From assembly GCA_036270075.1 (NCBI GenBank), contig DATBDF010000152.1, positions 1,532 to 65,531 of the forward strand: 64,000 bases of DNA, given 5' to 3'. The notes beneath the pieces were generated by a model, which saw only the letters and a list, made by a program, of their open reading frames with translations, did no database searches and was not told the origin of the DNA. Positions 7,617 through 16,538 of the stretch are shown piece by piece (the first letter of the stretch is position 1; every line of letters starts with the position of its first letter). The position numbers and the translations under genes are program-made. The DNA comes from Nocardioides sp. GTDB lineage: Bacteria > Actinomycetota > Actinomycetes > Propionibacteriales > Nocardioidaceae.

Positions 7617-10358
7617 ATGGACGAGGACCCGCGTACGCCGGACGCGTCGCCCGACCCGTCACCCGACCCCTCACCGGGCCCAGCGCCGGACCCGGCACCC
7701 GACCGCGCCCTGCGCAGCGACATCCGTCGCGTCACCTCGATCCTGGGCGAGACCCTCGCCCGGACCGAGGGCGCCGACCTGCTCGCCCTCGTGGAGGAGG
7801 TTCGCGCCCACGCGAAGGAGGACCGGCTCGACCAGCTGCCCGACTTCGACCTGGCCACGATCACCCGGCTGGTGCGGGCGTTCACGGCGTACTTCCACCT
7901 GGCCAACATCACCGAGCAGGTGCACCGCGGCCGGACCTTGCTGCGCGTCCGGGAGCAGGAGGGTGGCTGGGTCGAGCAGGCTGTGACGAGGATCGCCGAT
8001 GCCGGGGTGGACCCCGACGAGGTGGCCGAGATCCTGCGTCACGTGGCCGTCCGTCCGGTCTTCACCGCACACCCGACCGAGGTCGCGCGCCGTTCGACGA
8101 TCGACAAGCTGCGCCGGGTCGCGGCTCTGCTGGAGGAGCCCGACAGCCCGCGACGTACTCGGCGCCTCGAGGAGGCCGTCGAGCTGCTGTGGCTCACCGA
8201 CGAGATCCGGATCGAGCCGCCCGAGCCGATCGACGAGGCCCGCAACGTCGTCTACTACCTCGAGGGTCTCTCCGGAGGCGCCCTCCCGGACGTGCTGGAG
8301 GAGCTGGGCGACCGGCTGGCCTCGATCGGGGTCGAGCTCCCCGCCGACGTGCGTCCGCTCCGCTTCGGCAGCTGGGTGGGAGGCGACCGCGACGGCAACC
8401 CGCACGTCACTCCGGCGACGACCCGCGAGGTCCTCGCCCTGCAGGCCGTGCACGGCATCCGGCTGCTCCGCGGGCTCGTGGACGGGCTTCGCCGCGACCT
8501 CTCGGTGAGCAACCGCATCGGCGGAGTGTCTCCCGGGCTGACCGAGCGACTCGGGAGGCTGCTGGCCGTGCTTCCTGAGGTCGAGCCGCGCTACCGGCGG
8601 CTGAACGCCGAGGAGCCGTACCGCCTGTTCCTGACCTGCATCCACGTCCGCCTCGGCCTCACCGAGGACCGGCTGCTCCACGGGAGCCCGCACGTCCCCG
8701 GACGCGTCTACGCCGACGACACCGAGCTGCTCGACGACCTGCTGCTGCTGCATCGCTCGGTGCTCGACCATCAGGGAGAGGTCGTGGCGAGCGGCGAGGT
8801 GGAGCGACTCGTCCGCACCGTCGCCGCGATCGGTCTCACCCTCGCCACGCTCGACGTGCGCGAGCACGCCGCGAAGCACCACCAGGCCGTGGGCCAGCTC
8901 CTCGACCGCGTCGGTGACCTCGGTACGCCGTACGCCGACCTCGACCGCGGGGCCCGAGCCAAGGTGCTCAGCGACGAGCTGGCGGGCCGACGACCGCTCG
9001 CGCACAACCCGCTCCCGCTCGATGACGAGGGAGCCGTGACGGCCGAGACGTTTCGGGCCATCCGGTGGGCGCTCGACGAGCTCGGGCCGCGAGCGGTCGA
9101 GAGCTACATCGTGTCGATGACCCGCGATGCCGGTGACGTCTTCGCCGCCGTCGTGCTGGCCCGCGAGGCCGGCCTGGTCGACCTGGCGACCGGCGTGGCG
9201 AGGATCGGCTTCGTGCCCCTGCTCGAGACCGTCGACGAGCTCGAGCAGACCGAGGCGATCCTCGAGTCGCTCTTCGCGGACCCGTCGTACCGCGAGCTGG
9301 TGCGTCTTCGGGGGGACCTGCAGGAGCTGATGCTCGGGTACTCTGACTCCAACAAGGCCGGGGGGATCACGACCTCCCAGTGGCAGATCCAGCTTGCGCA
9401 GCGTCGGGCTCGCGACGTGGCGCGCCGCCACGGCATCCGCCTGCGGTTCTTCCACGGCCGGGGCGGATCCGTCGGTCGCGGCGGCGGACCGACGTACGAC
9501 GCCATCATGGCGCTGCCCTCCGGGACCGTCGACGGCGAGGTCAAGATCACCGAGCAGGGCGAGGTGATCAGCGACAAGTACGCGCTGCCCGCCCTCGCCC
9601 GGCAGAACCTCGAGCTGGCGCTGGCCGCCACCGTCGAGGCGAGCGTCCTGCACCGCACGGACCGTCGTACGCCGGAGCAGGCCGAACGCTGGGACTCCAC
9701 CATGGACCGCATCGCCGAGGCCGCCCACGCGCGGTACCGCGGCCTCGTCGAGGACCCAGGGCTCGCGCCGTACTTCCTCACGGCCACGCCCGTCGACCTC
9801 CTCGGCGCGCTTCACATCGGCTCACGCCCCGCCCGTCGGCCCGGCGCCGACACCGGGATCGAGGACCTGCGCGCGATCCCCTGGGTGTTCGGCTGGACCC
9901 AGTCGCGGCAGATCGTGCCGGGCTGGTTCGGGGTCGGCTCGGGGCTCGATGTCGAGGAGGACCTCGGCGTTCTCCAGGAGATGTACGACGCGTGGCCGTT
10001 CTTCCGCACCTTCCTGGGCAACGTCTCGATGACGTTGGTGAAGACCGACCTCGAGATCGCGGAGCGGTACGCCGCCCTGGCGCCACCCGAGCTCCGGCCG
10101 CTCCTGGGCGAGATCCGCGACGAGTACCGGCTGACCGTCACCCGACTCCTGGCGGTGACCGGCGACCACTCGCTGCTCGACCGCGAGCCCACCCTGCGCA
10201 CCACGTTGGAGATCCGCGACAACTACCTCGAGCCCCTGCACCACCTGCAGCTCGAGCTCCTCGGTCGCTACCGCCGGGGTGAGGACGACGCCGATCTCGA
10301 ACGGGCACTCCTGCTGACCATCAACGGGATCGCGGCCGGGATGCGCAACACCGGCTGA
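7617..10358 (+). CDS. ppc: phosphoenolpyruvate carboxylase
   Basis: VFTAHPTE, MLGYSDSNK, FHGRGGSVGRGG, LRAIPW, C-terminal MRNTG. Confidence 0.97.
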   Translation: MDEDPRTPDASPDPSPDPSPGPAPDPAPDRALRSDIRRVTSILGETLARTEGADLLALVEEVRAHAKEDRLDQLPDFDLATITRLVRAFTAYFHLANITEQVHRGRTLLRVREQEGGWVEQAVTRIADAGVDPDEVAEILRHVAVRPVFTAHPTEVARRSTIDKLRRVAALLEEPDSPRRTRRLEEAVELLWLTDEIRIEPPEPIDEARNVVYYLEGLSGGALPDVLEELGDRLASIGVELPADVRPLRFGSWVGGDRDGNPHVTPATTREVLALQAVHGIRLLRGLVDGLRRDLSVSNRIGGVSPGLTERLGRLLAVLPEVEPRYRRLNAEEPYRLFLTCIHVRLGLTEDRLLHGSPHVPGRVYADDTELLDDLLLLHRSVLDHQGEVVASGEVERLVRTVAAIGLTLATLDVREHAAKHHQAVGQLLDRVGDLGTPYADLDRGARAKVLSDELAGRRPLAHNPLPLDDEGAVTAETFRAIRWALDELGPRAVESYIVSMTRDAGDVFAAVVLAREAGLVDLATGVARIGFVPLLETVDELEQTEAILESLFADPSYRELVRLRGDLQELMLGYSDSNKAGGITTSQWQIQLAQRRARDVARRHGIRLRFFHGRGGSVGRGGGPTYDAIMALPSGTVDGEVKITEQGEVISDKYALPALARQNLELALAATVEASVLHRTDRRTPEQAERWDSTMDRIAEAAHARYRGLVEDPGLAPYFLTATPVDLLGALHIGSRPARRPGADTGIEDLRAIPWVFGWTQSRQIVPGWFGVGSGLDVEEDLGVLQEMYDAWPFFRTFLGNVSMTLVKTDLEIAERYAALAPPELRPLLGEIRDEYRLTVTRLLAVTGDHSLLDREPTLRTTLEIRDNYLEPLHHLQLELLGRYRRGEDDADLERALLLTINGIAAGMRNTG

Positions 10359-10364
10359 CGCTGG

Positions 10365-10961
10365 TCAGTCGGGGACCGGCTGGTCGTCGTCGCGCGGACC
10401 GAAGATGCTGATGCCGTCGAGGGTCTCCTGGTCGAGGCCCGTGCCCCACGCGGCGGTCTGGGCACGCGAACGGCGCGAGAAGACGGCGCGGAACAGCTCG
10501 TAGTCGGCGACCCCGGCGAAGGCTTCGCCGTGCTCGCCGAGCGACGGCCGGATCGCCCCGACGACCGGGTGCCACATCCGCTCGGGCGGCCTGCCCAGGC
10601 CGAGCGCCTCGTGCAGGTCGGCGTGGTGGACGGCGACGTTCCACACGAGTGCCGGCCGGTCGTTGCCGTCGAGTGTCGCGACGACTCCGTCGACGACGAC
10701 GCGGATCTCGGCGACCAGCTCGCCGGTGCTGCGGTCCGACCGCTCGGCGACCTGGCGCGCCGTCCACTCGGGGCCGGGCGCTCCGTCCATCCGCCCGCTG
10801 AGCACGTCGGCGGGCGACCCGGCCAGGTGAGCCAGAACCTCGCGCACCGTCCATTCGGGAGTGGCGGGAACCTGCGTGCCGAGCTGCTCGGGGGTGAGTC
10901 CTTCCGCGAGGGCGGTGACGGCGTCGATGTTGGCGCGGTACGTCTCCGCCCAGTCGGTCAT
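10365..10961 (-). CDS. maleylpyruvate isomerase-like mycothiol-dependent (MDMPI/DinB-fold) protein
   Basis: VPATPEWTVREVLAHL, HHADLHEAL. Confidence 0.8.
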   Translation of the reverse strand: MTDWAETYRANIDAVTALAEGLTPEQLGTQVPATPEWTVREVLAHLAGSPADVLSGRMDGAPGPEWTARQVAERSDRSTGELVAEIRVVVDGVVATLDGNDRPALVWNVAVHHADLHEALGLGRPPERMWHPVVGAIRPSLGEHGEAFAGVADYELFRAVFSRRSRAQTAAWGTGLDQETLDGISIFGPRDDDQPVPD

Positions 10962-11033
10962 GGCGACAACCTAGGGCGCGGACGCGGAACCGGTCGAGAA
11001 AGGTCTTGTGCGCCGAGCACCGGGCCCGTACTG

Positions 11034-11049
11034 TCGCGATATATCGCGA
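11034..11049. promoter_or_regulatory. probable PadR operator
   Basis: Perfect 16-bp palindrome TCGCGATATATCGCGA next to a TACTGT -10. Confidence 0.65.
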
Positions 11050-11117
11050 ACGATCGACGTACCATCGCCGAACGCTCGCCACCAAGCCTACGCAACGACG
11101 GCACGAGGGAGCTGAGC

Positions 11118-11942
11118 ATGGGACGGGACTGGGGACGTGATTGGGGGCGGGAGTTCGAGCAGCTGTTCCAGCAGCACGGCCGCGGGCACGGCGATCGGGG
11201 CGGCGCCCACGGCGGCCGGCGCGGAGGTGACTGGAGCGGGAGCTGGGGGAACTGGCAGTGGGGTCCGCCCAACCGTCGTTCCGGTCCTCCGCCCTGGCTG
11301 GTCGGCCTGTTCGGGCTGTCCTCGCAGGAGCGGGCCCGCCCGCCGCGCGCACGTCGGGGCGATGTCCGGGTGGCGATCCTGGCCGTGCTCGCCGACGGAC
11401 CCCTCAACGGCTATCAGGTGATCCAGGAGATCGCCGACCGCACCGGTGGCGCCTGGCGTCCGAGCCCGGGTTCGGTCTACCCGACGATCTCGCAGCTCGA
11501 GGACGAGGGACTGGTGGAGGGCGACGACGAGCGCGGCCGGCGTACGCTCCGGCTCTCCGACTCCGGCCGCGAGTACCTCGGTGAGCACGAGGCAGAGGTC
11601 GCCGGAGTGTGGGCCCCCTTCGCCGAGGGAGCGGGGCGCAGCGAGGACGACGACGATGTCCGCCTGGACTTCGCCAGCCTCAAGCCCGAGCTCGGCAGGG
11701 TGATGAACGCCGTCTGGCAGATCATCACGACCGGGACCGACGAGCAGCGGCGAGCTGCCGTCGGCGTCCTGGTCGAGGCACGCCGCGCGCTCTACCAGAT
11801 CCTGGCCGACCATCCGGGCGACCTCGACGACCCGGTGGACGACCCCATGGATGACCCAGTGGACGACTCAGGGCACGACCCAGCCGACGACGAGGTCGAC
11901 GACCTGGGTGACCGACCCGGCCGCGGCGAGGAGGAGTGGTGA
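11118..11942 (+). CDS. PadR family transcriptional regulator
   Basis: RGDVRVAILAVL, GYQVIQEI, WRPSPGSVYPT. Confidence 0.88.
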   Translation: MGRDWGRDWGREFEQLFQQHGRGHGDRGGAHGGRRGGDWSGSWGNWQWGPPNRRSGPPPWLVGLFGLSSQERARPPRARRGDVRVAILAVLADGPLNGYQVIQEIADRTGGAWRPSPGSVYPTISQLEDEGLVEGDDERGRRTLRLSDSGREYLGEHEAEVAGVWAPFAEGAGRSEDDDDVRLDFASLKPELGRVMNAVWQIITTGTDEQRRAAVGVLVEARRALYQILADHPGDLDDPVDDPMDDPVDDSGHDPADDEVDDLGDRPGRGEEEW

Positions 11943-12379
11943 ACGACCGACTGCGCATCGGGGACGCCGAACGCGAGGAGGCGGCCCGCGAGCTCGGCGA
12001 GCACTTCGCGCTCGGGCGCATCACCGCCGACGAGCACTCCGAGCGCCTCGAACAGATCTGGACGGCCCGCACGGCCGCCGACCTTGCGCCTGCCTTCCAG
12101 GACCTGCCGCGGCCACGCGCCGCGCAGCAGCCGACCCGTCCGAAGACGGCGGCGCAACCCGTACGCCGGGAGCGCGGCTGGGAGTTCCCGCGGGTCCCGT
12201 TCCTGTTCAAGCTGCTGCTGGGGATCGTGGCGATCTGGTGGGGCTTCCACCATCCGCTGTTCCTGCTGGTGGCCGCGATCGTGTGGTTCGTGCTCGTCCG
12301 CCGCTTCGTCCACCGCCGGCGCCGGTGGTCCGGCCGGGGACCGTGGGACCGTCACCGCTATCAGACGGGCTGGCACTGA
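11939..12379 (+). CDS. DUF1707 (SHOCT-like) membrane protein
   Basis: LRIGDAEREEA..GRITADEHSERL; C-terminal TMs; GTGA coupling with padR. Confidence 0.82.
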   Translation: MNDRLRIGDAEREEAARELGEHFALGRITADEHSERLEQIWTARTAADLAPAFQDLPRPRAAQQPTRPKTAAQPVRRERGWEFPRVPFLFKLLLGIVAIWWGFHHPLFLLVAAIVWFVLVRRFVHRRRRWSGRGPWDRHRYQTGWH

Positions 12380-12383
12380 CGTG

Positions 12384-12463
12384 CTGCTCACCTGGCGATT
12401 CCGGTACGCCGTACGCCGCCCATCCGGCGATCGCGTCACGCCGTACGCCGCCGACCCGGCGAT
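12384..12463 (+). repeat. 32-bp-period repeat array, left arm (3 cores)
   Basis: Core (G/C)A(C/T)C(C/T)GGCGAT at 12389, 12421, 12453. Confidence 0.85.
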
Positions 12464-12475
12464 GCCGCGCGAGGC

Positions 12476-13390
12476 TCAGACGCCGATCGCGCGGTTCACC
12501 CAGACGTCGACGACTTCCATCCCGACCTTCTCGTAGAGGCTGAGCGCCCCGGTGCGCGAGTCGGTGGAGAGCGCGGAGCGAACCGCGCCGTGCTCACGAC
12601 CACGGGCGAACGCGTCCACGAGGAGGGCCTGAGCCAGCCCGCGGTGGCGTTGGTCGCTCCGCACGGCGAGCTTGTCGATGTAGGCCTCCTTGCCGTCCTC
12701 GCCGGACGCCATGATCACCAGAGCCACCCCGACGACGACCCCGTCGGCGTCGGTCACGACTCGCAGCTGCCACGACTCGAAGCCGGGCCGGCCGATGGAG
12801 CTGGCCTCGAAGTCCTCGAACGGCTGGCGGTCTCGCACCGACCACTCGAGAAAGGCGTCCTCGACCACGTCGTGGACCGTTCGGTACTCGTCGGTTCGGG
12901 CCTCGCGGATGTCGTACCCGTCGGGCAGGTCGCGGTGCTCGATCTTCTTGCCGTCGGGCAGGGCCAGCACCCAGCTGGTGTGGCGCAGCCGGTAGCCGAG
13001 CTTGGTCAGGAGCTGGTCGCCCGCGGAGCCCTGCGGAACGGGACTGCCGTAGCCCTTCCCGCCGAGGAGGCGCGCGGTCTCCTGCATCCAACCGGCGACC
13101 GCCGTTCCGATGCCCCGTCGTCGGTAGTCGGGATGGACCGCGGCGTCGCCCCGGTCGTGCCCGGTGATCTCGCCGTACGCCACCATCCGGTCGCCGTCGA
13201 AGATGCCGATGGTGTGGGTCGCGACGTCCCAGCTCGGCCGGCTCCAGTCGCCGATGATGTCCTCGGGCTCGATCTCCACCCGGCCGACGTCGACCCGCTC
13301 CTGGGCGGCGGCCACCTCGTACACAGCCTGGGCGTCGTCCATGGTCAGCACGCGGGAGGTCAGGCCCTCCGGCAGGGTCAGGTCGCTCAT
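12476..13390 (-). CDS. tandem-domain GNAT acetyltransferase (MshD-like fold)
   Basis: VHPDYRRRGIG and VRSDQRHRGLA motifs, TGALSLYEKVGM. Confidence 0.85.
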   Translation of the reverse strand: MSDLTLPEGLTSRVLTMDDAQAVYEVAAAQERVDVGRVEIEPEDIIGDWSRPSWDVATHTIGIFDGDRMVAYGEITGHDRGDAAVHPDYRRRGIGTAVAGWMQETARLLGGKGYGSPVPQGSAGDQLLTKLGYRLRHTSWVLALPDGKKIEHRDLPDGYDIREARTDEYRTVHDVVEDAFLEWSVRDRQPFEDFEASSIGRPGFESWQLRVVTDADGVVVGVALVIMASGEDGKEAYIDKLAVRSDQRHRGLAQALLVDAFARGREHGAVRSALSTDSRTGALSLYEKVGMEVVDVWVNRAIGV

Positions 13391-13409
13391 GGGCCGGTAT
13401 CAGATCACC

Positions 13410-13620
13410 GACCTGGCGTTCACGTCACATCATTTGGCCTCGACCTGGCGATGCGGTCACGCCAAATGACATCGACCCGGCGATCAAGTCCCACGGGAGT
13501 GGAACCGATTCGCCGGGTCGATGGTCTGTGTGGCGACCTGATCGCCAGGTCGGCGTCGTACGCCGTGACGCGATCGCCGGGTGGGCGTCGTACGCCGTGC
13601 CGCGATCGCCAGGTCAGCGG
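13410..13620. repeat. 32-bp-period palindromic repeat array (3 forward + 4 inverted cores)
   Basis: GACCYGGCG(A/T)T at 13410, 13442, 13474; reverse complements at 13509, 13541, 13573, 13605. Confidence 0.88.
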
Positions 13621-14190
13621 TTACTTCTGGATCGCCGAGATGTCGAACTCGAGCTTGATCTTGTCCGACACCAGGAAGCCGCCGGTCTCGAGCGCGGCGT
13701 TCCAGGTCAGGCCCCAGTCCTTGCGGCTGAGCGTGGTCTGGCCCTCGAAGCCGAGGCGCAGGTTGCCGAAGGGGTCGCGCGCCGAGCCGGTGGACTCGAA
13801 CTCCACGGTGATCGGCTTGGTGATGCCCTTGACGGTGAGGTCGCCGGTGATCGTCCACTCGTCGCCGTCCCGCGAGACGTCGGTCGAGCTGAAGGCGATC
13901 TCGGGGTGCTGCTCGATCTCGAAGAAGTCGGCGCTGCGCAGGTGCGCGTCGCGGTCGGCGACACCGGTGTCGATGCTGTCGGTCTTGATGGTCAGCTCGA
14001 CCTTGCTGTTGGCCGGGTTCGCCGTGTCCACGTGGGCCGTGCCCTCGAAGTCCTTGAAGGCGCCGCGGACGGTGGTGACCATCGCGTGCCGGGCGCTGAA
14101 GCCGAGACGGGTGTGAGCGACATCGAGGGTGTAGTCCCCCGTGATGTCCTCGATGACCGTGGTGGCCGGGTCGAACGGGCTGTTCGTCAT
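13621..14190 (-). CDS. YceI family protein
   Basis: LDVAHTRLGFSARHAM, RDAHLRSADFF, GDLTVKG; AGGAGG RBS. Confidence 0.92.
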   Translation of the reverse strand: MTNSPFDPATTVIEDITGDYTLDVAHTRLGFSARHAMVTTVRGAFKDFEGTAHVDTANPANSKVELTIKTDSIDTGVADRDAHLRSADFFEIEQHPEIAFSSTDVSRDGDEWTITGDLTVKGITKPITVEFESTGSARDPFGNLRLGFEGQTTLSRKDWGLTWNAALETGGFLVSDKIKLEFDISAIQK

Positions 14191-14208
14191 GGTGGGGGTC
14201 CTCCTACT

Positions 14209-14224
14209 GGATGAATTTTCAACC
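14209..14224. promoter_or_regulatory. putative MarR/RosR-type operator upstream of yceI
   Basis: Imperfect palindrome GGATGAATTTTCAACC. Confidence 0.45.
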
Positions 14225-14325
14225 ATTCGATCGGTACAACGCTCTCGGCGCCGGGACATTCCCGGGCCTAGAGTGACCCGAGTCACACCAGGCACTCTCG
14301 GCCCCGTACTCGGAAGAGGTACCCG

Positions 14326-15120
14326 ATGCCTCGTCGCCTGACCGCCCTCGTCGCCTCGCTTCTCGTCACACTCCCGCTGCTGCTGTGGGCCGCGCCCAGC
14401 CACGCCGCCGCCCCGTCGTACGTCGCGCTCGGCGACTCCTACTCCTCGGGGGTCGGCACCCGCTCCTACATCTCCGACGGCACGTCGTGCGAGCGGTCGA
14501 CATACGCCTATCCGCGCCTGGTCGCGGCGTCCCTGGGCTACGCGCTGTCGTTCCAGGCCTGCTCCGGGGCCAAGGTCTCCGACGTCACCAGCAAGCAGCT
14601 CGGCGCGCTGTCGGCGGGCACCAGCTTCGTGACGGTCTCCGTCGGCGGCAACGACGCCGGCTTCACGGGCACCCTCACCGAGTGCGCGAAGCCCGGTTGG
14701 CTGAGCAACTGCAGCGCGGCGATCTCGAAGGCGAACACCTACATCAGCAAGACCCTGCCCGCCGCCCTCGCCACCTTGTACGGCGCGATCCGCGGCCGCG
14801 CGCCCCACGCGACCGTGGTCGTCGTCGGCTACCCGAGACTCTTCAACGGGGAGGACTGCAACGCCCTCACCTGGTTCAGCGCGACCGAGGAGTCCTCCCT
14901 CAACGCCACGGCCGACCGGCTCAACGGCGTCCTCGCGAACGCGGCGGCTGCCCGGGGCTTCTCGTTCGCCAACCCCACCCACGTCTTCATCGGCCACGCG
15001 GTGTGCGGGAGCCCGGAGTGGCTCAACGGCCTGTCGAACCCGGTGAGCGAGAGCTACCACCCCAACCGGACGGGACAGGCCTCGGGCTACGCGCCGCTGG
15101 TCAGCGCATTGCTCCGCTGA
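14326..15120 (+). CDS. secreted SGNH/GDSL lipase
   Basis: Signal peptide, YVALGDSYSSG, GGND, SYHPN, six Cys. Confidence 0.9.
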   Translation: MPRRLTALVASLLVTLPLLLWAAPSHAAAPSYVALGDSYSSGVGTRSYISDGTSCERSTYAYPRLVAASLGYALSFQACSGAKVSDVTSKQLGALSAGTSFVTVSVGGNDAGFTGTLTECAKPGWLSNCSAAISKANTYISKTLPAALATLYGAIRGRAPHATVVVVGYPRLFNGEDCNALTWFSATEESSLNATADRLNGVLANAAAARGFSFANPTHVFIGHAVCGSPEWLNGLSNPVSESYHPNRTGQASGYAPLVSALLR

Positions 15121-15143
15121 ACAGGCCAGTGCCACGCTGAGCC

Positions 15144-16523
15144 ATGCCCGACTCCCGTCACAAGATCCTGCTGTCCGAGAGCGACCAGCCGACGCGTTGG
15201 TACAACGTCCTGCACGACCTGCCGACCCCGCCCCCGCCGGTCCTGCACCCCGGCACGGGCCAGCCCGTCGGACCCGACGACCTGACGCCGCTGTTCCCGA
15301 TGGACATCATCCTGCAGGAGGTCTCGGGCGACCAGTACGTCGAGATCCCCGGCGAGGTGCTCGACGTCTACGCCCTCTGGCGACCCTCGCCGCTCTTCCG
15401 CGCCCATCGGCTCGAGAAGGCGCTCGGCACCCCCGCCCGGATCTACTACAAGTACGAGGGCGTCAGCCCGGCAGGCTCGCACAAGCCGAACACGGCGGTG
15501 CCCCAGGCCTTCTACAACGCCAAGGCCGGCATCAAGAAGCTCACCACGGAGACCGGCGCCGGCCAGTGGGGCACGGCGCTGGCCTTCGCGTGCGCGCAGT
15601 ACGACCTCGAGTGCGAGGTGTGGCAGGTGCGCGCGTCGTACGACCAGAAGCCCTACCGCCGCACCATGATCGAGACCTTCGGTGGCACGGTCCACCCGAG
15701 CCCGAGCGACCTGACGAACGCCGGTCGCACCATCCTGGCGCAGGACCCCGGGTCCACCGGCAGCCTCGGCATCGCCATCAGCGAGGCCGTCGAGGTCGCC
15801 GCTCAGGACCCGACCACGAACTACGCGCTCGGCAGCGTGCTCAACCACGTGCTGTTGCACCAGACGGTGATCGGGGAGGAAGCGCTGCTCCAGCTCGCCC
15901 AGGTCGGCGAGAAGCCGGACCTGCTCGTCGGCTGCACCGGCGGCGGCTCGAACTTCGGCGGCCTCGCCTTCCCGTTCCTGCGCGAGAAGTGGGCCGGCAC
16001 GATGTCGCCGACCATCCGTGCGATCGAGCCGGCGTCCTGTCCGTCGCTGACGCAGGGCACCTACGCCTACGACTTCGGCGACACCCTCGGGATGACGCCG
16101 CTGATGAAGATGCACACCCTGGGTCACGACTTCGTGCCCGACCCGATCCATGCCGGCGGCCTGCGGTACCACGGCATGAGCCCGCTGATCTCCCACCTCC
16201 ACGAGACCGGCGAGCTCGAGGCGGTCGCCAAGACGCAGTCGGAGTGCTTCGCAGCCGGTGTCCTCTTCGCCCGCACCGAGGGGATCGTGCCGGCGCCCGA
16301 GCCGACGCACGCCCTGGCCGCTGCGGTCGAGGAGGCGCTGGCGTGCAAGGAGTCGGGCGAGGAGAAGGTGATCCTGACCGCGCTGTGCGGACACGGCCAC
16401 CTCGACCTCGCGGCGTACGACGCCTACCTGCGCGGAGACCTCGTCGACCACACCTGGGACGACGCGGAGCTCCAGCAGGCGGTCGCCGGGGCGCTGGCGA
16501 AGCTGCCGGTGGTCGCCGGCTGA
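15144..16523 (+). CDS. trpB2: TrpB2-type tryptophan synthase beta-like PLP enzyme
   Basis: [29 protein letters not shown]; no trpA adjacent. Confidence 0.88.
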   Translation: MPDSRHKILLSESDQPTRWYNVLHDLPTPPPPVLHPGTGQPVGPDDLTPLFPMDIILQEVSGDQYVEIPGEVLDVYALWRPSPLFRAHRLEKALGTPARIYYKYEGVSPAGSHKPNTAVPQAFYNAKAGIKKLTTETGAGQWGTALAFACAQYDLECEVWQVRASYDQKPYRRTMIETFGGTVHPSPSDLTNAGRTILAQDPGSTGSLGIAISEAVEVAAQDPTTNYALGSVLNHVLLHQTVIGEEALLQLAQVGEKPDLLVGCTGGGSNFGGLAFPFLREKWAGTMSPTIRAIEPASCPSLTQGTYAYDFGDTLGMTPLMKMHTLGHDFVPDPIHAGGLRYHGMSPLISHLHETGELEAVAKTQSECFAAGVLFARTEGIVPAPEPTHALAAAVEEALACKESGEEKVILTALCGHGHLDLAAYDAYLRGDLVDHTWDDAELQQAVAGALAKLPVVAG

Positions 16524-16538
16524 GCGGTGCTCTGCCGA

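Noticed and set aside
7671-9815. Long antisense and alternate-frame ORFs (e.g. 7671-9815, 42395-45355, 59140-61368, 19024-21051)
   Set aside because: Shadows of well-supported genes in high-GC DNA with few stop codons; no recognisable motifs
12384-13620. CRISPR interpretation of the 32-bp-period array
   Set aside because: The conserved core is only 11 bp, spacers resemble each other, orientation flips, and there are no cas genes
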